Positions 9,515 through 19,637 of a stretch of DNA of 64,000 nucleotides are shown one piece after another. The stretch is from positions 9,224 to 73,223 of the forward strand of contig JBGCFM010000081.1 of NCBI GenBank assembly GCA_045106895.1, written 5' to 3'. Position 1 is the first letter of the stretch. Each line of letters starts with the position of its first letter. Both the position numbers and the translations under genes were made by a program. Below the pieces are notes generated by a model. The model saw only the letters and a program-made list of their open reading frames with translations, did no database searches and was not told where the DNA came from. Source of the DNA: Polyangiales bacterium (GTDB lineage Bacteria > Myxococcota_A > Polyangia > Polyangiales > Houyiibacteriaceae).

Positions 9515-11155
9515 CTAACGACGCCTTCGCCAGAAGAGCAGACCGAAAAGCCCGAGGAACCCAAGGGCGGGCCCGCTCGTGTTGGATTTCCCGATAACTC
9601 GACATCCACAGCCGCTGTCGATGCGCTCCGTGGGTGCTGCGATGCACAACGAGACATCCCCCGCCGATACGCAGTCGAAGTCATCGGGACATGGGTTCGA
9701 ATCGTCGCAAATCGAGGTGCAGAAGGTCTCATCCGAACGCCGTGCGCACTCGCCGCTTTGGCAGTCGTCACCCGTTTCGCAGCCTCCGCCGAGTTCGGAC
9801 AGAGTTCCTGCAGTCCGGCATGCGCCACATCCAACAAGTCCCTGGACGACCTGACACTCGAAACCGTCGGCGCACACGGTGGCTCCGCCTGGCTGGCAAG
9901 GGCTCGCACATTTGCCGGCATCACACATGGTCGTGGCGCAGTCTCGATCTTCGGAGCAGTCGCCACCCAGAGGGATGGGGCCTGGTCCGCCAGCAACGCA
10001 CAGGCCGTCTCCGCATGTGCCCGTCGCCTCCCCATCACAGTAAAAGCCGCTTGGGCAGCTGGTCGGATCAAATCCGTCACAACGCTGAGTACAGACCTGA
10101 CCGATGGAAATGCCGCAGAGCGTGGAGTTGCAGTTTGCGCTCTCCATACAGGGCTCGCCGAGTCCCGCGAGCTCAGGGTCCGTCGGTCGCGGAACACACA
10201 TCTCGGCCTGGCAGATCTCGGTGGGCTCGCACTCCGTGTCGATGGTGCACTCGGGCATGGGCACGACGGGACCGCCGGAACCAGCACAGGTTGGCTGGTC
10301 GCTGACCACACGAATGCACTGGGTGACGCCGGCGGCGAGCTGAGCGCAGAGTTCATCCGCGCCGGTGCAGTCCGATGGTCCAGCGCAATTCCGTCCACAG
10401 AAAAGCCCATCGGGATAGCCAAGGCACAAGTCGTTGGGGCCACCACATGCTGCGGAGTTTTCGCAGGGTGAGCAGACGGTTCCGTCGCCCATCACCGCTT
10501 GGCAAACGCCAGCGACGCACTCCTGACCGGACGCGCACCCCGTGGTTGTGCAGTCCACCGGACCCCCGCCGGACCCTGGGTAGAGAAAGCAGATGCCGTT
10601 CTCGTCATCGCTGCCGATGGAGTCGATTCCGCCCGTGTAGGCGAAGTACATAGCCGCCCCGGGGTCACTGCTGTGGTCGAGGCCATAGTAGTGGCCGCCT
10701 TCATGAAGTGCGATGGAGTACGTGTTGACGTTGCTTCCGCTTCCGGAGCCGGTGGTCCACGTGAAGTTCTGGCCGTTCATGACCATATCGGCCTCGACGA
10801 TGCATTCGCCGCTCCAACGGGGAGAGGTGACGCCGATGGCTGAGCTACCGAAGCGCCAACCGCTCTCCACCCAACCGATGAGCGACTGACCGTCGCCGCT
10901 GCCGGCGTTGCCACCGCTACGGCCGCCGTAGGAAATACTGAGGTCTGTGCAGGACCGGAGTCCCCAATCTTCCATTCCGCGGCGCGTTTCCATGACCGAG
11001 GAGTCTTCGCCGATGTCGGGAGATGTCGTTGTGATGGAGTATGGAACCGGCGTGCACCACGCAGGACAGGTGCTCGAAATGCACTCGTAGGCGGACGCTT
11101 GAGAGGTGGCGCCGAGCACAAATGCGGCGGCGGCGAGGGTAATGGCCCGATTCAT
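9515..11155 (-). CDS. secreted matrixin-like (M10, metzincin) metalloprotease with Cys-rich repeats and MYXO-CTERM sorting signal
   Basis: Signal peptide (SQASA), HEGGHYYGLDHS, Met-turn AAMY, many Cys-rich modules, C-terminal SGCGC...hydrophobic...RRRR. Confidence 0.9.
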   Translation of the reverse strand: MNRAITLAAAAFVLGATSQASAYECISSTCPAWCTPVPYSITTTSPDIGEDSSVMETRRGMEDWGLRSCTDLSISYGGRSGGNAGSGDGQSLIGWVESGWRFGSSAIGVTSPRWSGECIVEADMVMNGQNFTWTTGSGSGSNVNTYSIALHEGGHYYGLDHSSDPGAAMYFAYTGGIDSIGSDDENGICFLYPGSGGGPVDCTTTGCASGQECVAGVCQAVMGDGTVCSPCENSAACGGPNDLCLGYPDGLFCGRNCAGPSDCTGADELCAQLAAGVTQCIRVVSDQPTCAGSGGPVVPMPECTIDTECEPTEICQAEMCVPRPTDPELAGLGEPCMESANCNSTLCGISIGQVCTQRCDGFDPTSCPSGFYCDGEATGTCGDGLCVAGGPGPIPLGGDCSEDRDCATTMCDAGKCASPCQPGGATVCADGFECQVVQGLVGCGACRTAGTLSELGGGCETGDDCQSGECARRSDETFCTSICDDSNPCPDDFDCVSAGDVSLCIAAPTERIDSGCGCRVIGKSNTSGPALGFLGLFGLLFWRRRR

Positions 11156-11742
11156 CGTGTCACCCCCGACCCTGGGCGAAGGCCCCCGGCCTGGCGGACG
11201 CGCTGTTCAAACTCCGTCAATCCCACGACCATTTCCCCGCCGTGGTCGATGATCATCTCACCATCGATCCAGGTGGCGAATCCGACGGCATCGGCATCTC
11301 GCATCACGACCGCGGGCATTCCTGGAACGCCGCGTAGCACCGTGAACTTCCCCTGAACCAGGGCGAAGGTTCGAAAGTAGCGGTCGACGCCATCGACGTC
11401 GTCATCGAGGAAGACCACGACTTCTTCGCCGAGCCTGTACCGAGGTGTCCCGGCGATGCGCATCCCGCCGCGTGCCGTTTCGCCACCGATCTCGCGGAGG
11501 CGAATCTCATCGTCCCCCTGCCCGACCAACCACTCATCCACGCGAAGCGTCGTGATCGTGGTGATCTCACTGCCGCCATCCCGCAGATTTAGCTGGGTTC
11601 CGGAGTGAATCACCGTGGCGCGAACGACGCCTTCGCCTTCAACAACCATCTCTTCGAGGGGGACTTCGACCATGATGGTCGCGAGGGCGGGCACGCTGAG
11701 CAGTGCCAGCAAGCCAGCGAGGGCAGTTCGTTTCGTCTTCAT
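11152..11742 (-). CDS. secreted hypothetical protein, translationally coupled to the matrixin
   Basis: Signal peptide (PALA), IGG...GTPRYRLGEEVVVFL; 4-nt ATGA overlap with the protease gene. Confidence 0.75.
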   Translation of the reverse strand: MKTKRTALAGLLALLSVPALATIMVEVPLEEMVVEGEGVVRATVIHSGTQLNLRDGGSEITTITTLRVDEWLVGQGDDEIRLREIGGETARGGMRIAGTPRYRLGEEVVVFLDDDVDGVDRYFRTFALVQGKFTVLRGVPGMPAVVMRDADAVGFATWIDGEMIIDHGGEMVVGLTEFEQRVRQAGGLRPGSGVTR

Positions 11743-11761
11743 GGCAAGTTCCTACACGCTG

Positions 11762-12511
11762 CTATGTACGGCTAGCGTCTACACGAAGGTATCGTGAGAG
11801 ATGTCGAACGCCAAGGTAGAATGGGCCAGTATCTAAGAGAGCAACGACAACTTTGAACACATAACCAGCCAAGATGTAGGTCATAAGTTGGTCGAAAAGA
11901 GGCTCTTCGGCACTGATCGGAAGGCCGCTGGCGTAAAAGTGCGTGATGAGAATCACCGCAGTCGTATCGACGAGCTGACTGACCAAGGTTGAGGCGTTGT
12001 TTCGTAGCCAGAGATGGCGCCCTTCGGTCTTCCTCTTCCAGAAGTGGAAAAGCCGAACATCTACGCTCTGAGCGACCAGATACGCGACCATCGACGCAAC
12101 GATGCCGCCAAAAGCAAGGTTCCGGACTTCGAAGAATGCCGGCGCCTCGTTCCCCGGAAGAACGCCCCCGAGCCACAAAATGAAGCCAACCCACGCGTTG
12201 AGGAGCAGGCCCATCCAGACCACGTCGCTGGCGCGTTTTTCCCCATAAAGCTCGCTGATGAGGTCGGTGCAGAGGAAAGTGACCGGATACGGCAATACGC
12301 CGACGGCCAGCGGCATGGGGACCTCCAGGCTCCCGATGCTGAAAGAGAGGTCGAGAAAACGCGTGACGCCGAGGATGTTCAGCATCGCGAGGCTTCCAAG
12401 GAAGACCCCACTCAGGATTAAGAAGACGGTCTGCCGCCGTCTTAGGACGATGCGTTCGTCGAGGGGCTCGAGGCCTTCGAACGACATCTGTTCGCTTGGC
12501 AGACGTGTCAC
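11762..12511 (-). CDS. queuosine precursor transporter (YhhQ/Vut_1 family)
   Basis: YPVTFLCTDLISELYG, ASMVAYLVAQSVDV, LWLRNNASTLVSQLVDT, ALLDT. Confidence 0.9.
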   Translation of the reverse strand: MTRLPSEQMSFEGLEPLDERIVLRRRQTVFLILSGVFLGSLAMLNILGVTRFLDLSFSIGSLEVPMPLAVGVLPYPVTFLCTDLISELYGEKRASDVVWMGLLLNAWVGFILWLGGVLPGNEAPAFFEVRNLAFGGIVASMVAYLVAQSVDVRLFHFWKRKTEGRHLWLRNNASTLVSQLVDTTAVILITHFYASGLPISAEEPLFDQLMTYILAGYVFKVVVALLDTGPFYLGVRHLSRYLRVDASRT

Positions 12512-13797
12512 TCCAGGGCGAGTCCTCGTTTGGTCGCCGCTCGCTCAATGCCTCGCCAAGCCTGATGCTCCTGGCCCGCGCGACGTGTGTCGCCCATGGC
12601 CTCGTAGAGCTCGGGAACCGCGATGCGCAGGCGCTTTGTCGTCTTGCCATGCGCTTCGAGGCGCTGACAAAGGTGGCCCGGGCTGACGTCGGCGCTCGCG
12701 ATGAGTTTGCCGTAGATGAGCTGCTCATGATGCGGCTTGGGCTCCTCGGTCGCGGGATGCGCGAAGGCGCGGACGTTTTCGCCGAGGGCCGTCACCAGCG
12801 CTTCGAGTTCGCCGCTGCCGACGATGGCGACGAAACGCATCCGCCTTTCGTCGCCGGCGCGAAGCACCTCAAGCACGGGAAAAACCGGTCCGCCGGCGTC
12901 TTGATCCACCGGTCCGCCATCAAAGAGGACGATGTCCCCGTAGTCGATGGGTGCATCCTCGAAGGTTGGGCTCGCGACGACGCCATGACCGGGGCTGATG
13001 GGCGCGATGTGGACGAGTTCGAACCCCGTGTCGGGTCGCTCCACCAGCCCATATCCGCTGGGGCGACAGCGAACGCGAAGGCGGCGCGGTGGAACGCCCT
13101 CGACGACGGGCAGCCCGCCTTTGCCGAGAGAGACCTGCTCCACACCGAGGTCACGCCACGCGCCAGCGGCGAGGTCTCCTTCGCCGAGCGCCGTCGCGCT
13201 CAGGGCTATATTCCAGACAACGGCCTTCGTCGCCCCCATCCTGGAGCGGGCCCGGAGGAACTGGTCGAAGGCGAGCTGCCAGCGACCTCGCCACTTGTGG
13301 CAGACCCCCAAATCAAAGTGCCAGCCGCCATGCTCTGGTTCCAGGTCCAGGGCGCGGGCGTAGGCTTCCAGCGCGAGGGAATCACTCTCTGGACCCATCG
13401 CTCGAAGCGCGTTCGCACGGTTGATCTGCAGGTAGGCTTCGAGTTCTGGCGGAAAAGAACGGCCCAAGGCGTCTTGTGCGAGCGCCGCGGCCACATGTTC
13501 GGGGCCTTGTTCCCGTGGGGGCGCATCGAGAGGCCGCTGTTCGGCCATCGCGTTGAGTGCAGCGAGGACGGCGACGATGACTTGGCCATCCGAAGGAAAA
13601 GCGGCAGCGATCGCCTCGAGCGTGGCGACGGCAGCCCCGGCGGGAAAGCGCATCGTCACTGTCGAGTAGTGCAGAGCGACGTCTCGGTCCTCCAACCACT
13701 CATCAGCGCGGAGTCCCAGGACCTGCCAGGCAGCGTTTGAGCCCCCATGGTCGAGGGCCATCTTGAGGTCGGCGGTCCAGGCCGGAATGGCGAGCAT
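12508..13797 (-). CDS. TPR-containing hypothetical protein
   Basis: AYARALDLEP...WHFDLGVCHK TPR-like repeats; stop overlaps the start of the YhhQ-family gene. Confidence 0.7.
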   Translation of the reverse strand: MLAIPAWTADLKMALDHGGSNAAWQVLGLRADEWLEDRDVALHYSTVTMRFPAGAAVATLEAIAAAFPSDGQVIVAVLAALNAMAEQRPLDAPPREQGPEHVAAALAQDALGRSFPPELEAYLQINRANALRAMGPESDSLALEAYARALDLEPEHGGWHFDLGVCHKWRGRWQLAFDQFLRARSRMGATKAVVWNIALSATALGEGDLAAGAWRDLGVEQVSLGKGGLPVVEGVPPRRLRVRCRPSGYGLVERPDTGFELVHIAPISPGHGVVASPTFEDAPIDYGDIVLFDGGPVDQDAGGPVFPVLEVLRAGDERRMRFVAIVGSGELEALVTALGENVRAFAHPATEEPKPHHEQLIYGKLIASADVSPGHLCQRLEAHGKTTKRLRIAVPELYEAMGDTRRAGQEHQAWRGIERAATKRGLALE

Positions 13798-13914
13798 GGG
13801 CCGGCGTAGCAGGTCCCGGCGAGGCCCGCACGGGTCACCCGGTGAAAGAGAGCGCGATTCAGGTTCAATTGGTTATCCAAGCGGCGCTGGTTGGGGTACG
13901 ATCCCCTTCGGGGA

Positions 13915-14676
13915 ATGGGATTGAAACTTGCAGGCGCAGGGCTAACGGACGTAGGGCAGCGTCGAGCCATCAACGAAGATGCCTTTTTCTTTGATGACTC
14001 GCTCGGGCTCTATGCCGTCGCGGACGGCATGGGCGGACACGCCGCAGGTGAAGTCGCGAGTGCCGAAGCCGTCGACACGGTCCACGGCATGGTCAAGAAC
14101 GGCAATCCTGCCCTGCAGCGCCTTCGTGACGGCGACACCGACGAAGAAGCCGTGCGGAGCGCGATTCGTGTCCTAGAGAGCGCCGTTCAGGCCGCTACGT
14201 ACATGGTCTTCGGTTTGGCTCAGGCCGACCCGGACCGGCAAGGGATGGGGACTACCCTCTCCGCGTTGGCCATTTGTGGGCGCTACGGCGTCACCGCACA
14301 GGTTGGCGACAGTCGCATCTACTTGGTGCGAGGTGGGCGTGCCGCTGCGCTCACGGAGGACCACACGCTCGTCGCGTGGCAGCTCAAGCAAGGCATCATC
14401 ACCGAGGAAGAGGCCGCGGTCTCGCCCCATCGAAATGTCATCACGCGCGCCGTCGGCAGCCGCGACTACGTTCAGGTCGATACACGTTTCTTTGAGGTGA
14501 AACCCGGAGACGCCTTTCTCGTGTGTTCCGACGGGCTTCACGGCTACCTCGAGGAAGATGAGATTCCGCCCATCGTCGAACTGGGCCCCGCCGCCGCCAC
14601 GGAACGCTTCGTCAGCATGGCCAACGAACGAGGCGGAAAAGACAACATCACCGCCGTTGTTGTGACCCTGGAGTGA
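13915..14676 (+). CDS. PP2C-family Ser/Thr protein phosphatase
   Basis: TDVGQRRAINEDA, VADGMGGH, MGTT, VGDSR, RNVITRAVG, CSDGL, GGKDNIT. Confidence 0.95.
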   Translation: MGLKLAGAGLTDVGQRRAINEDAFFFDDSLGLYAVADGMGGHAAGEVASAEAVDTVHGMVKNGNPALQRLRDGDTDEEAVRSAIRVLESAVQAATYMVFGLAQADPDRQGMGTTLSALAICGRYGVTAQVGDSRIYLVRGGRAAALTEDHTLVAWQLKQGIITEEEAAVSPHRNVITRAVGSRDYVQVDTRFFEVKPGDAFLVCSDGLHGYLEEDEIPPIVELGPAAATERFVSMANERGGKDNITAVVVTLE

Positions 14677-15419
14677 CGCAGCGCCTCTTCGTCAGCGGCG
14701 TGTTGTGTATTTTGATGGGCTGTGGGGGCAGCCAAGGGGCGACGCGCCCTTCCCCGCCCCCCGCCGACAATTCGATCGAGGTCGCGGAGCCCGATACGCC
14801 AAGAGCAACCGCCACAGCACCGACGCTGGGCGCGGAGATTCTGTCGCCTGACGAGAGTGAGCTGGAGTCACTCCTGCCTGCTCTGTCTCGCGACGGACGC
14901 ATCGCCGTTGTGGAGACCGAAACGGACACCTACTCCGGTACGACATTCCGGCGCGGCGTCATCATCCGAGCGTCGCAACAGTCCAACTGGGTTCTTGCGG
15001 AGCTCGACGAAGGCGGCGAGTCGCGCGTGGATCCGGCGACCTCCGCCGCGCACCAAGCGGACTTCCTCTCTCAGTTCGAAGGACGCGCGTTCCGGCCCCT
15101 CGTCTCCACATGCAGCGCAGGCGCAACCTGCACATTAGGAACTCAACGTGGTGAACTTGAGCTGACCGAGACCCATGAGGGTCAGCTCGTCGCACGTGCC
15201 GACGGTCGTGAGCTCGTGAGTTGGCACTTGCCCGAACTTGAACTTCCGCGAACATGCTGCGCTGGCGGGCCCGAGGATGTCCCGGAGTGCTTCGTCCGAG
15301 TAAACCGCTGGGATGTGTGGGCCGCCGGGTCCAAACTGCTCGTGCGAACGGCCGTCGAGTCTGCAACGGCGAACTGCAGCTCCACGGCGAGCTACGAAAT
15401 CCTCGACGTCGACTGGTAA
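14673..15419 (+). CDS. hypothetical lipoprotein
   Basis: Lipobox LMGC; GTGA overlap with the PP2C stop. Confidence 0.65.
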   Translation: MTQRLFVSGVLCILMGCGGSQGATRPSPPPADNSIEVAEPDTPRATATAPTLGAEILSPDESELESLLPALSRDGRIAVVETETDTYSGTTFRRGVIIRASQQSNWVLAELDEGGESRVDPATSAAHQADFLSQFEGRAFRPLVSTCSAGATCTLGTQRGELELTETHEGQLVARADGRELVSWHLPELELPRTCCAGGPEDVPECFVRVNRWDVWAAGSKLLVRTAVESATANCSSTASYEILDVDW

Positions 15420-15423
15420 CGAG

Positions 15424-16827
15424 TCAGGCGTCGGAGACGCTGGCGTCGGCCTTCTTGGGGACTCCGAGCATCACCTCCCGGTAGTGCAGGAAGAGGCTCT
15501 GAACGATGCTCAACGCTGGCACCGCCAAGAGCGCCCCAGCGATTCCGGCGACGGCCTCGCCTGCGAGGAGCGCAAAGATGACCAGCACAGGGTGCACCTT
15601 CGCCGAGTCGCCCATGATCTTCGGGTTGAGTAGATTTGCTTCGATCTGGTGGATGACAAGGATCCAAACCAGCGTGAACATCGCCGTTGAGATGCCACTC
15701 TGAAGGGCGATGATCACCGCTGGAACGGTGCTGATGATGGCACCAAAGATCGGAATGACACTGAGGACAGTCGCGATGAGGGTGAGGATCGGCCAGTAGC
15801 GGAGCTCAAGAAAGTAGAAGCCAACGCCACTGAGAGCGCCGTTGACGAGGGCGATGAGGAGCTGGCCACGAACGACACCGGCCATCCCGCGGTCGATGCG
15901 TAGGACAAGACGGTCAAAGCTTCGTCGACGATTCACGGTCCAAAGCGAACGGAAGAACGCGAGGATACGGTCGGAGGTGATGAGCAAATACGCCGAGAGC
16001 ATCAGCATGATGAAGAACGTGAAGATGCCTTTGACCAACACCTTCACCACGGACTGCGCGGTCGTGAGCACTGCCGAGGCTGTCGTTCGTGTGTCGCTGG
16101 CCATGCTCTCAAGGGCGTCCGAGAGCGCCTGTGAGAGGTCGCCTTCGTCACTGGCATCGATCTCGGAGGCCGTCACCCGGTACCCGTGGCCCATCGGCTC
16201 GATGACCAGGCCATGCTCCGGAAGATCTACACGATAGCCGAGGCCGTCCTCGCTGGGTCTCACCTCAATATGCTCACGCACGTCGGCGGGCGGCGCAGCG
16301 GCGATGGCGTCGCCGGGGGCGTCTTCTGCAGAAGGCTCCTCGGGTTCGACGGTCGGAGCTTCGTCCGTCGACTCGCGCATCGCGTCGCGCAGCCAAGTCT
16401 CGAGGGCCGGGACCCACTCATCCCTTGCTTGAGCGACGGTCTCCGGCAACTCGCTCGCGAGAAGCTCCACCTCTGCGGCGAGGCGAGGAACGCCAATCGC
16501 GATGAAACCTCCGAGGCCCGTCAGGAGCGTCGTGTAGAGCAGGATGACGGCGAGCCAGCGCGGGATCGCTTTACCAAACGGCTTCCGCTCTTGGATCCAA
16601 GCCACCACCGGCGAGAACACGTAGGCCAGGACAAGGGCGAGGAAGAACGGAAGCAGAACGGCGCGAGTCGCGACGAGCACGCCGACGACGATGAGTCCCC
16701 AGACGGACAGGAAGAGCGTGCGCCGGCTTGGCTTCGGCAAGAGGCGCTTGAGCGTGTCACTGGAGAGTGAACTCTGGCTCGCCTTCGGGGCTTCCGCCGG
16801 TTTGCTGGGTTTGTCCGGCGTGCTCAT
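15424..16827 (-). CDS. AI-2E family transporter with a large acidic insertion
   Basis: LLPFFLALVLAYVFSP, VRGQLLIA, IPIFGA, QIEANLLNPKIMG, VHPVLVIFALLAG. Confidence 0.9.
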   Translation of the reverse strand: MSTPDKPSKPAEAPKASQSSLSSDTLKRLLPKPSRRTLFLSVWGLIVVGVLVATRAVLLPFFLALVLAYVFSPVVAWIQERKPFGKAIPRWLAVILLYTTLLTGLGGFIAIGVPRLAAEVELLASELPETVAQARDEWVPALETWLRDAMRESTDEAPTVEPEEPSAEDAPGDAIAAAPPADVREHIEVRPSEDGLGYRVDLPEHGLVIEPMGHGYRVTASEIDASDEGDLSQALSDALESMASDTRTTASAVLTTAQSVVKVLVKGIFTFFIMLMLSAYLLITSDRILAFFRSLWTVNRRRSFDRLVLRIDRGMAGVVRGQLLIALVNGALSGVGFYFLELRYWPILTLIATVLSVIPIFGAIISTVPAVIIALQSGISTAMFTLVWILVIHQIEANLLNPKIMGDSAKVHPVLVIFALLAGEAVAGIAGALLAVPALSIVQSLFLHYREVMLGVPKKADASVSDA

Positions 16828-16883
16828 GCCTGGCGACTATTAGCAGGGGCACAGCTCAATCGCCATAGTCGCGACGCCTCGTG

Positions 16884-17480
16884 TCAAGACTCGTGCCCGC
16901 TGTGGGCCAATGCGAGGCACTCGGCCACCTCGCCTTCGCCCATCCCGGCGTCTCGCATCGCTTCCACCAAGTCTCCGTCGACGCCTTCGTGCACGCGCAC
17001 GTTCCGGTAACCGTCCGTGGCGACCTCCACCGTTCGGGTCAACCTCGCGTGAACTTCTCTTCGTTTTTCAATGAGAGCCGCGGCCTCTTCCGCGTGGCCT
17101 GGCAACGCCAGAGTGAGCTTGTCCCCATTGTCAGTGAGGAGCACGAGGGACGCGGCGTTCGGCACTTGGACGGACACGAGTCGCTCAAAGCCGATGAAGG
17201 TGTGAGGAGCGCGGATTCCGTTGAGACCGACGTCCACCTCGATGGTTCGCCGGCGAGCAGAAAAAATCGGGAGCGCGGACACAAGCGAGAGGACGAGCCA
17301 AGCCATCGCCCCAAACAAGAACTTGCTCGAGAGGTCGGAGTCGTCGAACACGATAAAGGACCCGATGAACGTCATCACACCGAGTATCGCCATGCCCCGC
17401 GTGACGTGCCTCGATGCACCTCGCGGGTCTTGAGGGCGCTCGCATTGAATGCTGACGCGCCTGGGCAGTGGATGCGACAC
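16884..17480 (-). CDS. hypothetical membrane protein (2 TM)
   Basis: Two hydrophobic segments; fills the gap between the rpsA terminator and the AI-2E gene; start uncertain. Confidence 0.55.
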   Translation of the reverse strand: MSHPLPRRVSIQCERPQDPRGASRHVTRGMAILGVMTFIGSFIVFDDSDLSSKFLFGAMAWLVLSLVSALPIFSARRRTIEVDVGLNGIRAPHTFIGFERLVSVQVPNAASLVLLTDNGDKLTLALPGHAEEAAALIEKRREVHARLTRTVEVATDGYRNVRVHEGVDGDLVEAMRDAGMGEGEVAECLALAHSGHES

Positions 17481-17503
17481 GCCTCGGCATAACCCAGCTC
17501 CCC

Positions 17504-17542
17504 AAAAGAGAAAAGGTCGGCACCTTGCGGTACCGACCTTCT
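17504..17542 (-). terminator. rpsA terminator
   Basis: Minus strand AAGGTCGGTACC-GCAA-GGTGCCGACCTT followed by TTCTCTTTT. Confidence 0.85.
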
Positions 17543-17591
17543 ATCTTCGTTGCTTGAAGGAAACTCTCAGGAGTCTCCTCGTTGCGGGAGG

Positions 17592-19412
17592 CTACTCTTC
17601 GGAAGCGTCTGCTGCAGGAGGCGCTTCGGAGAGAGCTCCGAGCTTGTCCTTGAGCAGGTCGCCAAGGGTCGCTGCCTGACGGCCCGCAGGACCGGCGACG
17701 CGGCGCTTGGTGCTCTCGCGCTCGGCGACGTACTTCATCTTCTCGTCGAGCTCCTTGTTGTCGGCGCCGCGGAGCGAAACCGTGATGCGGCGGTCGTCCT
17801 CGTCAAGGTCGATGATCTCGCCCTTGAGGATGTCTCCGGCCTTCATGATCTGCGTTGGGTCCACGTTGGCGTCATCGCTGACTTCGCCGCGTGGAATGGT
17901 GCCTTCGACACCGCGCTCAAGTTCAACCTGGGACTCGTAATCGCTGACGGCGATGACGCGAACCTCGAGAACCGTTCCGACGCCGTAGCGCTCTGGAATG
18001 TAGGTCCATGGGTCTTCGAAGAGCTGCTTGATGCCCAAGCTGACCTTCTTCTCTTCATGGTTGATGGAGAGAATGATGGCCTCGACCTCGTCGCCCTTGC
18101 GGTAGACGTCGGCTGGGTTGTTGATCTTCTGAGTCCAGGAAAGGTCGGACTTGTGGACCATGCCGTCGACGCCGTCTTCGATGCCGATGAAGACACCGTA
18201 GTCGGTGAGGGAGCGGACCTTGCCGCGGATGATGTCGCCTGGATTGTACTTCTGAGTGAAGACGGTCCATGGGTCTGGCTCAAGCTGCTTGAGACCAAGG
18301 CTGATTCGCTTGTTCTGGATGTCGATATCCAGAACGACGCTCTCGACCTCGTCGCCCATGTCGAGAACCTTCGAAGGATGCTTTGGCTTCGTCCACGTCA
18401 TCTCGCTGACGTGAATGAGGCCTTCGACACCCTGCTCGAGCTCGACGAAGGCGCCGTAATCCGTGATGGACACGACCTTGCCCGTGACCTTGGCACCTGG
18501 CTTGTACATGTCGGACGCCGTGTTCCACGGGTCTTCCATCGTCTGCTTGAGGCCAAGAGAGACGCGCTCGTTCTCTTCGTTGTACTTGAGGACCTTGACT
18601 GTGACTTCGTCGCCGACATTGAAGATCTCCGAGGGGTGATTGACTCGCCCCCAGGACATGTCTGTGATGTGAAGGAGACCGTCGATACCGCCGAGGTCGA
18701 CGAAGGCGCCGTACTCGGTGATGTTCTTGATCGTTCCCGTGACGATTTGGTTCTCCTCGAGGTTCTCGAGGGTCTTTGTCTTGAGACGGTCCCGCTCTTT
18801 CTCGAGGAGGACACGACGTGAAAGCACGATGTTGCCGCGCTGCTTGTTGAACTTGATGACCTTGAAGTCGAAGGTCTGTCCGAGGAGCTTGTCGAGGTTT
18901 CGCACGGGGCGAAGGTCGACCTGGCTGCCGGGAAGGAATGCTTTGACGCCGCCCTTGATGGTGACGCTGAGGCCGCCCTTCACGCGCTGAGCGATGGTTC
19001 CGGAGATGAGTTCGTCGCGCTCGCACGCTTCGCTGATCTCGTCCCAGACCTTGAGTTTGTCTGCCTTCTCCTTGGAAAGCATGATGAGGCCGTCGTCGTT
19101 CTCTTTGGACTCGACGAGGACATCGACTTCGTCGCCCACGGAGACCTGGGCTTTGCCAGATGCGCCGACGAACTCGCCGATAGGAATGATGCCTTCGGAC
19201 TTGTATCCGATGTCGACAACGACGACGTCCTTGGCGACCTTGATGACGGTGCCGTTGACGATTTCGCCCTCTTTGAGAGCGTCGAGGCCCATGGTGAGGG
19301 TTTCGAAGAGGTCGGCGAAGCTGCCGATGTCACCTTCGGGAAGCGTAGGCGTAAGATTGGGCAGAGGTTCTGCGGTTGGAGACGAGTCCGTCTCGATTTG
19401 TGGTTCGGTCAT
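17592..19412 (-). CDS. rpsA: 30S ribosomal protein S1
   Basis: Repeated S1 domains (VDIGYKSEG, AFLPGSQVD, YGAFVDLGGIDGLLHITDMSW). Confidence 0.98.
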   Translation of the reverse strand: MTEPQIETDSSPTAEPLPNLTPTLPEGDIGSFADLFETLTMGLDALKEGEIVNGTVIKVAKDVVVVDIGYKSEGIIPIGEFVGASGKAQVSVGDEVDVLVESKENDDGLIMLSKEKADKLKVWDEISEACERDELISGTIAQRVKGGLSVTIKGGVKAFLPGSQVDLRPVRNLDKLLGQTFDFKVIKFNKQRGNIVLSRRVLLEKERDRLKTKTLENLEENQIVTGTIKNITEYGAFVDLGGIDGLLHITDMSWGRVNHPSEIFNVGDEVTVKVLKYNEENERVSLGLKQTMEDPWNTASDMYKPGAKVTGKVVSITDYGAFVELEQGVEGLIHVSEMTWTKPKHPSKVLDMGDEVESVVLDIDIQNKRISLGLKQLEPDPWTVFTQKYNPGDIIRGKVRSLTDYGVFIGIEDGVDGMVHKSDLSWTQKINNPADVYRKGDEVEAIILSINHEEKKVSLGIKQLFEDPWTYIPERYGVGTVLEVRVIAVSDYESQVELERGVEGTIPRGEVSDDANVDPTQIMKAGDILKGEIIDLDEDDRRITVSLRGADNKELDEKMKYVAERESTKRRVAGPAGRQAATLGDLLKDKLGALSEAPPAADASEE

Positions 19413-19557
19413 ATTGTCTTTGCGGCCTCGGCTTCACAGCACGTCCTAGTGAAAGCTTGATGAGTCCGGCAATGCGTGCAGGCACGCGAGTGGATGGGGG
19501 TTTGGCCTCCTTCACCATAAAGAAGACCCGTTGCGGGGACGGCCCACAAGGTGCGAG

Positions 19558-19586
19558 TGGGTAGCAGTGGGCCCAAAGCCTGTCAA
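19558..19586 (-). promoter_or_regulatory. putative rpsA promoter
   Basis: Minus strand TTGACA-N17-TACCCA with TG extended -10; the -10 is weak. Confidence 0.5.
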
Positions 19587-19637
19587 ACGACAAAACCCCT
19601 TAGAATGAAGGCGGAGCGCGCCCCTTTTACGGATTGA

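Noticed and set aside
12490..12560. preQ1 riboswitch before the YhhQ-family transporter
   Set aside because: Start overlaps the upstream gene; no leader or preQ1 consensus visible.
13902..13914. Small hairpin TCCCCTTCGGGGA before the PP2C start as RNA thermometer
   Set aside because: Only 4-5 bp; expected by chance in GC-rich DNA.
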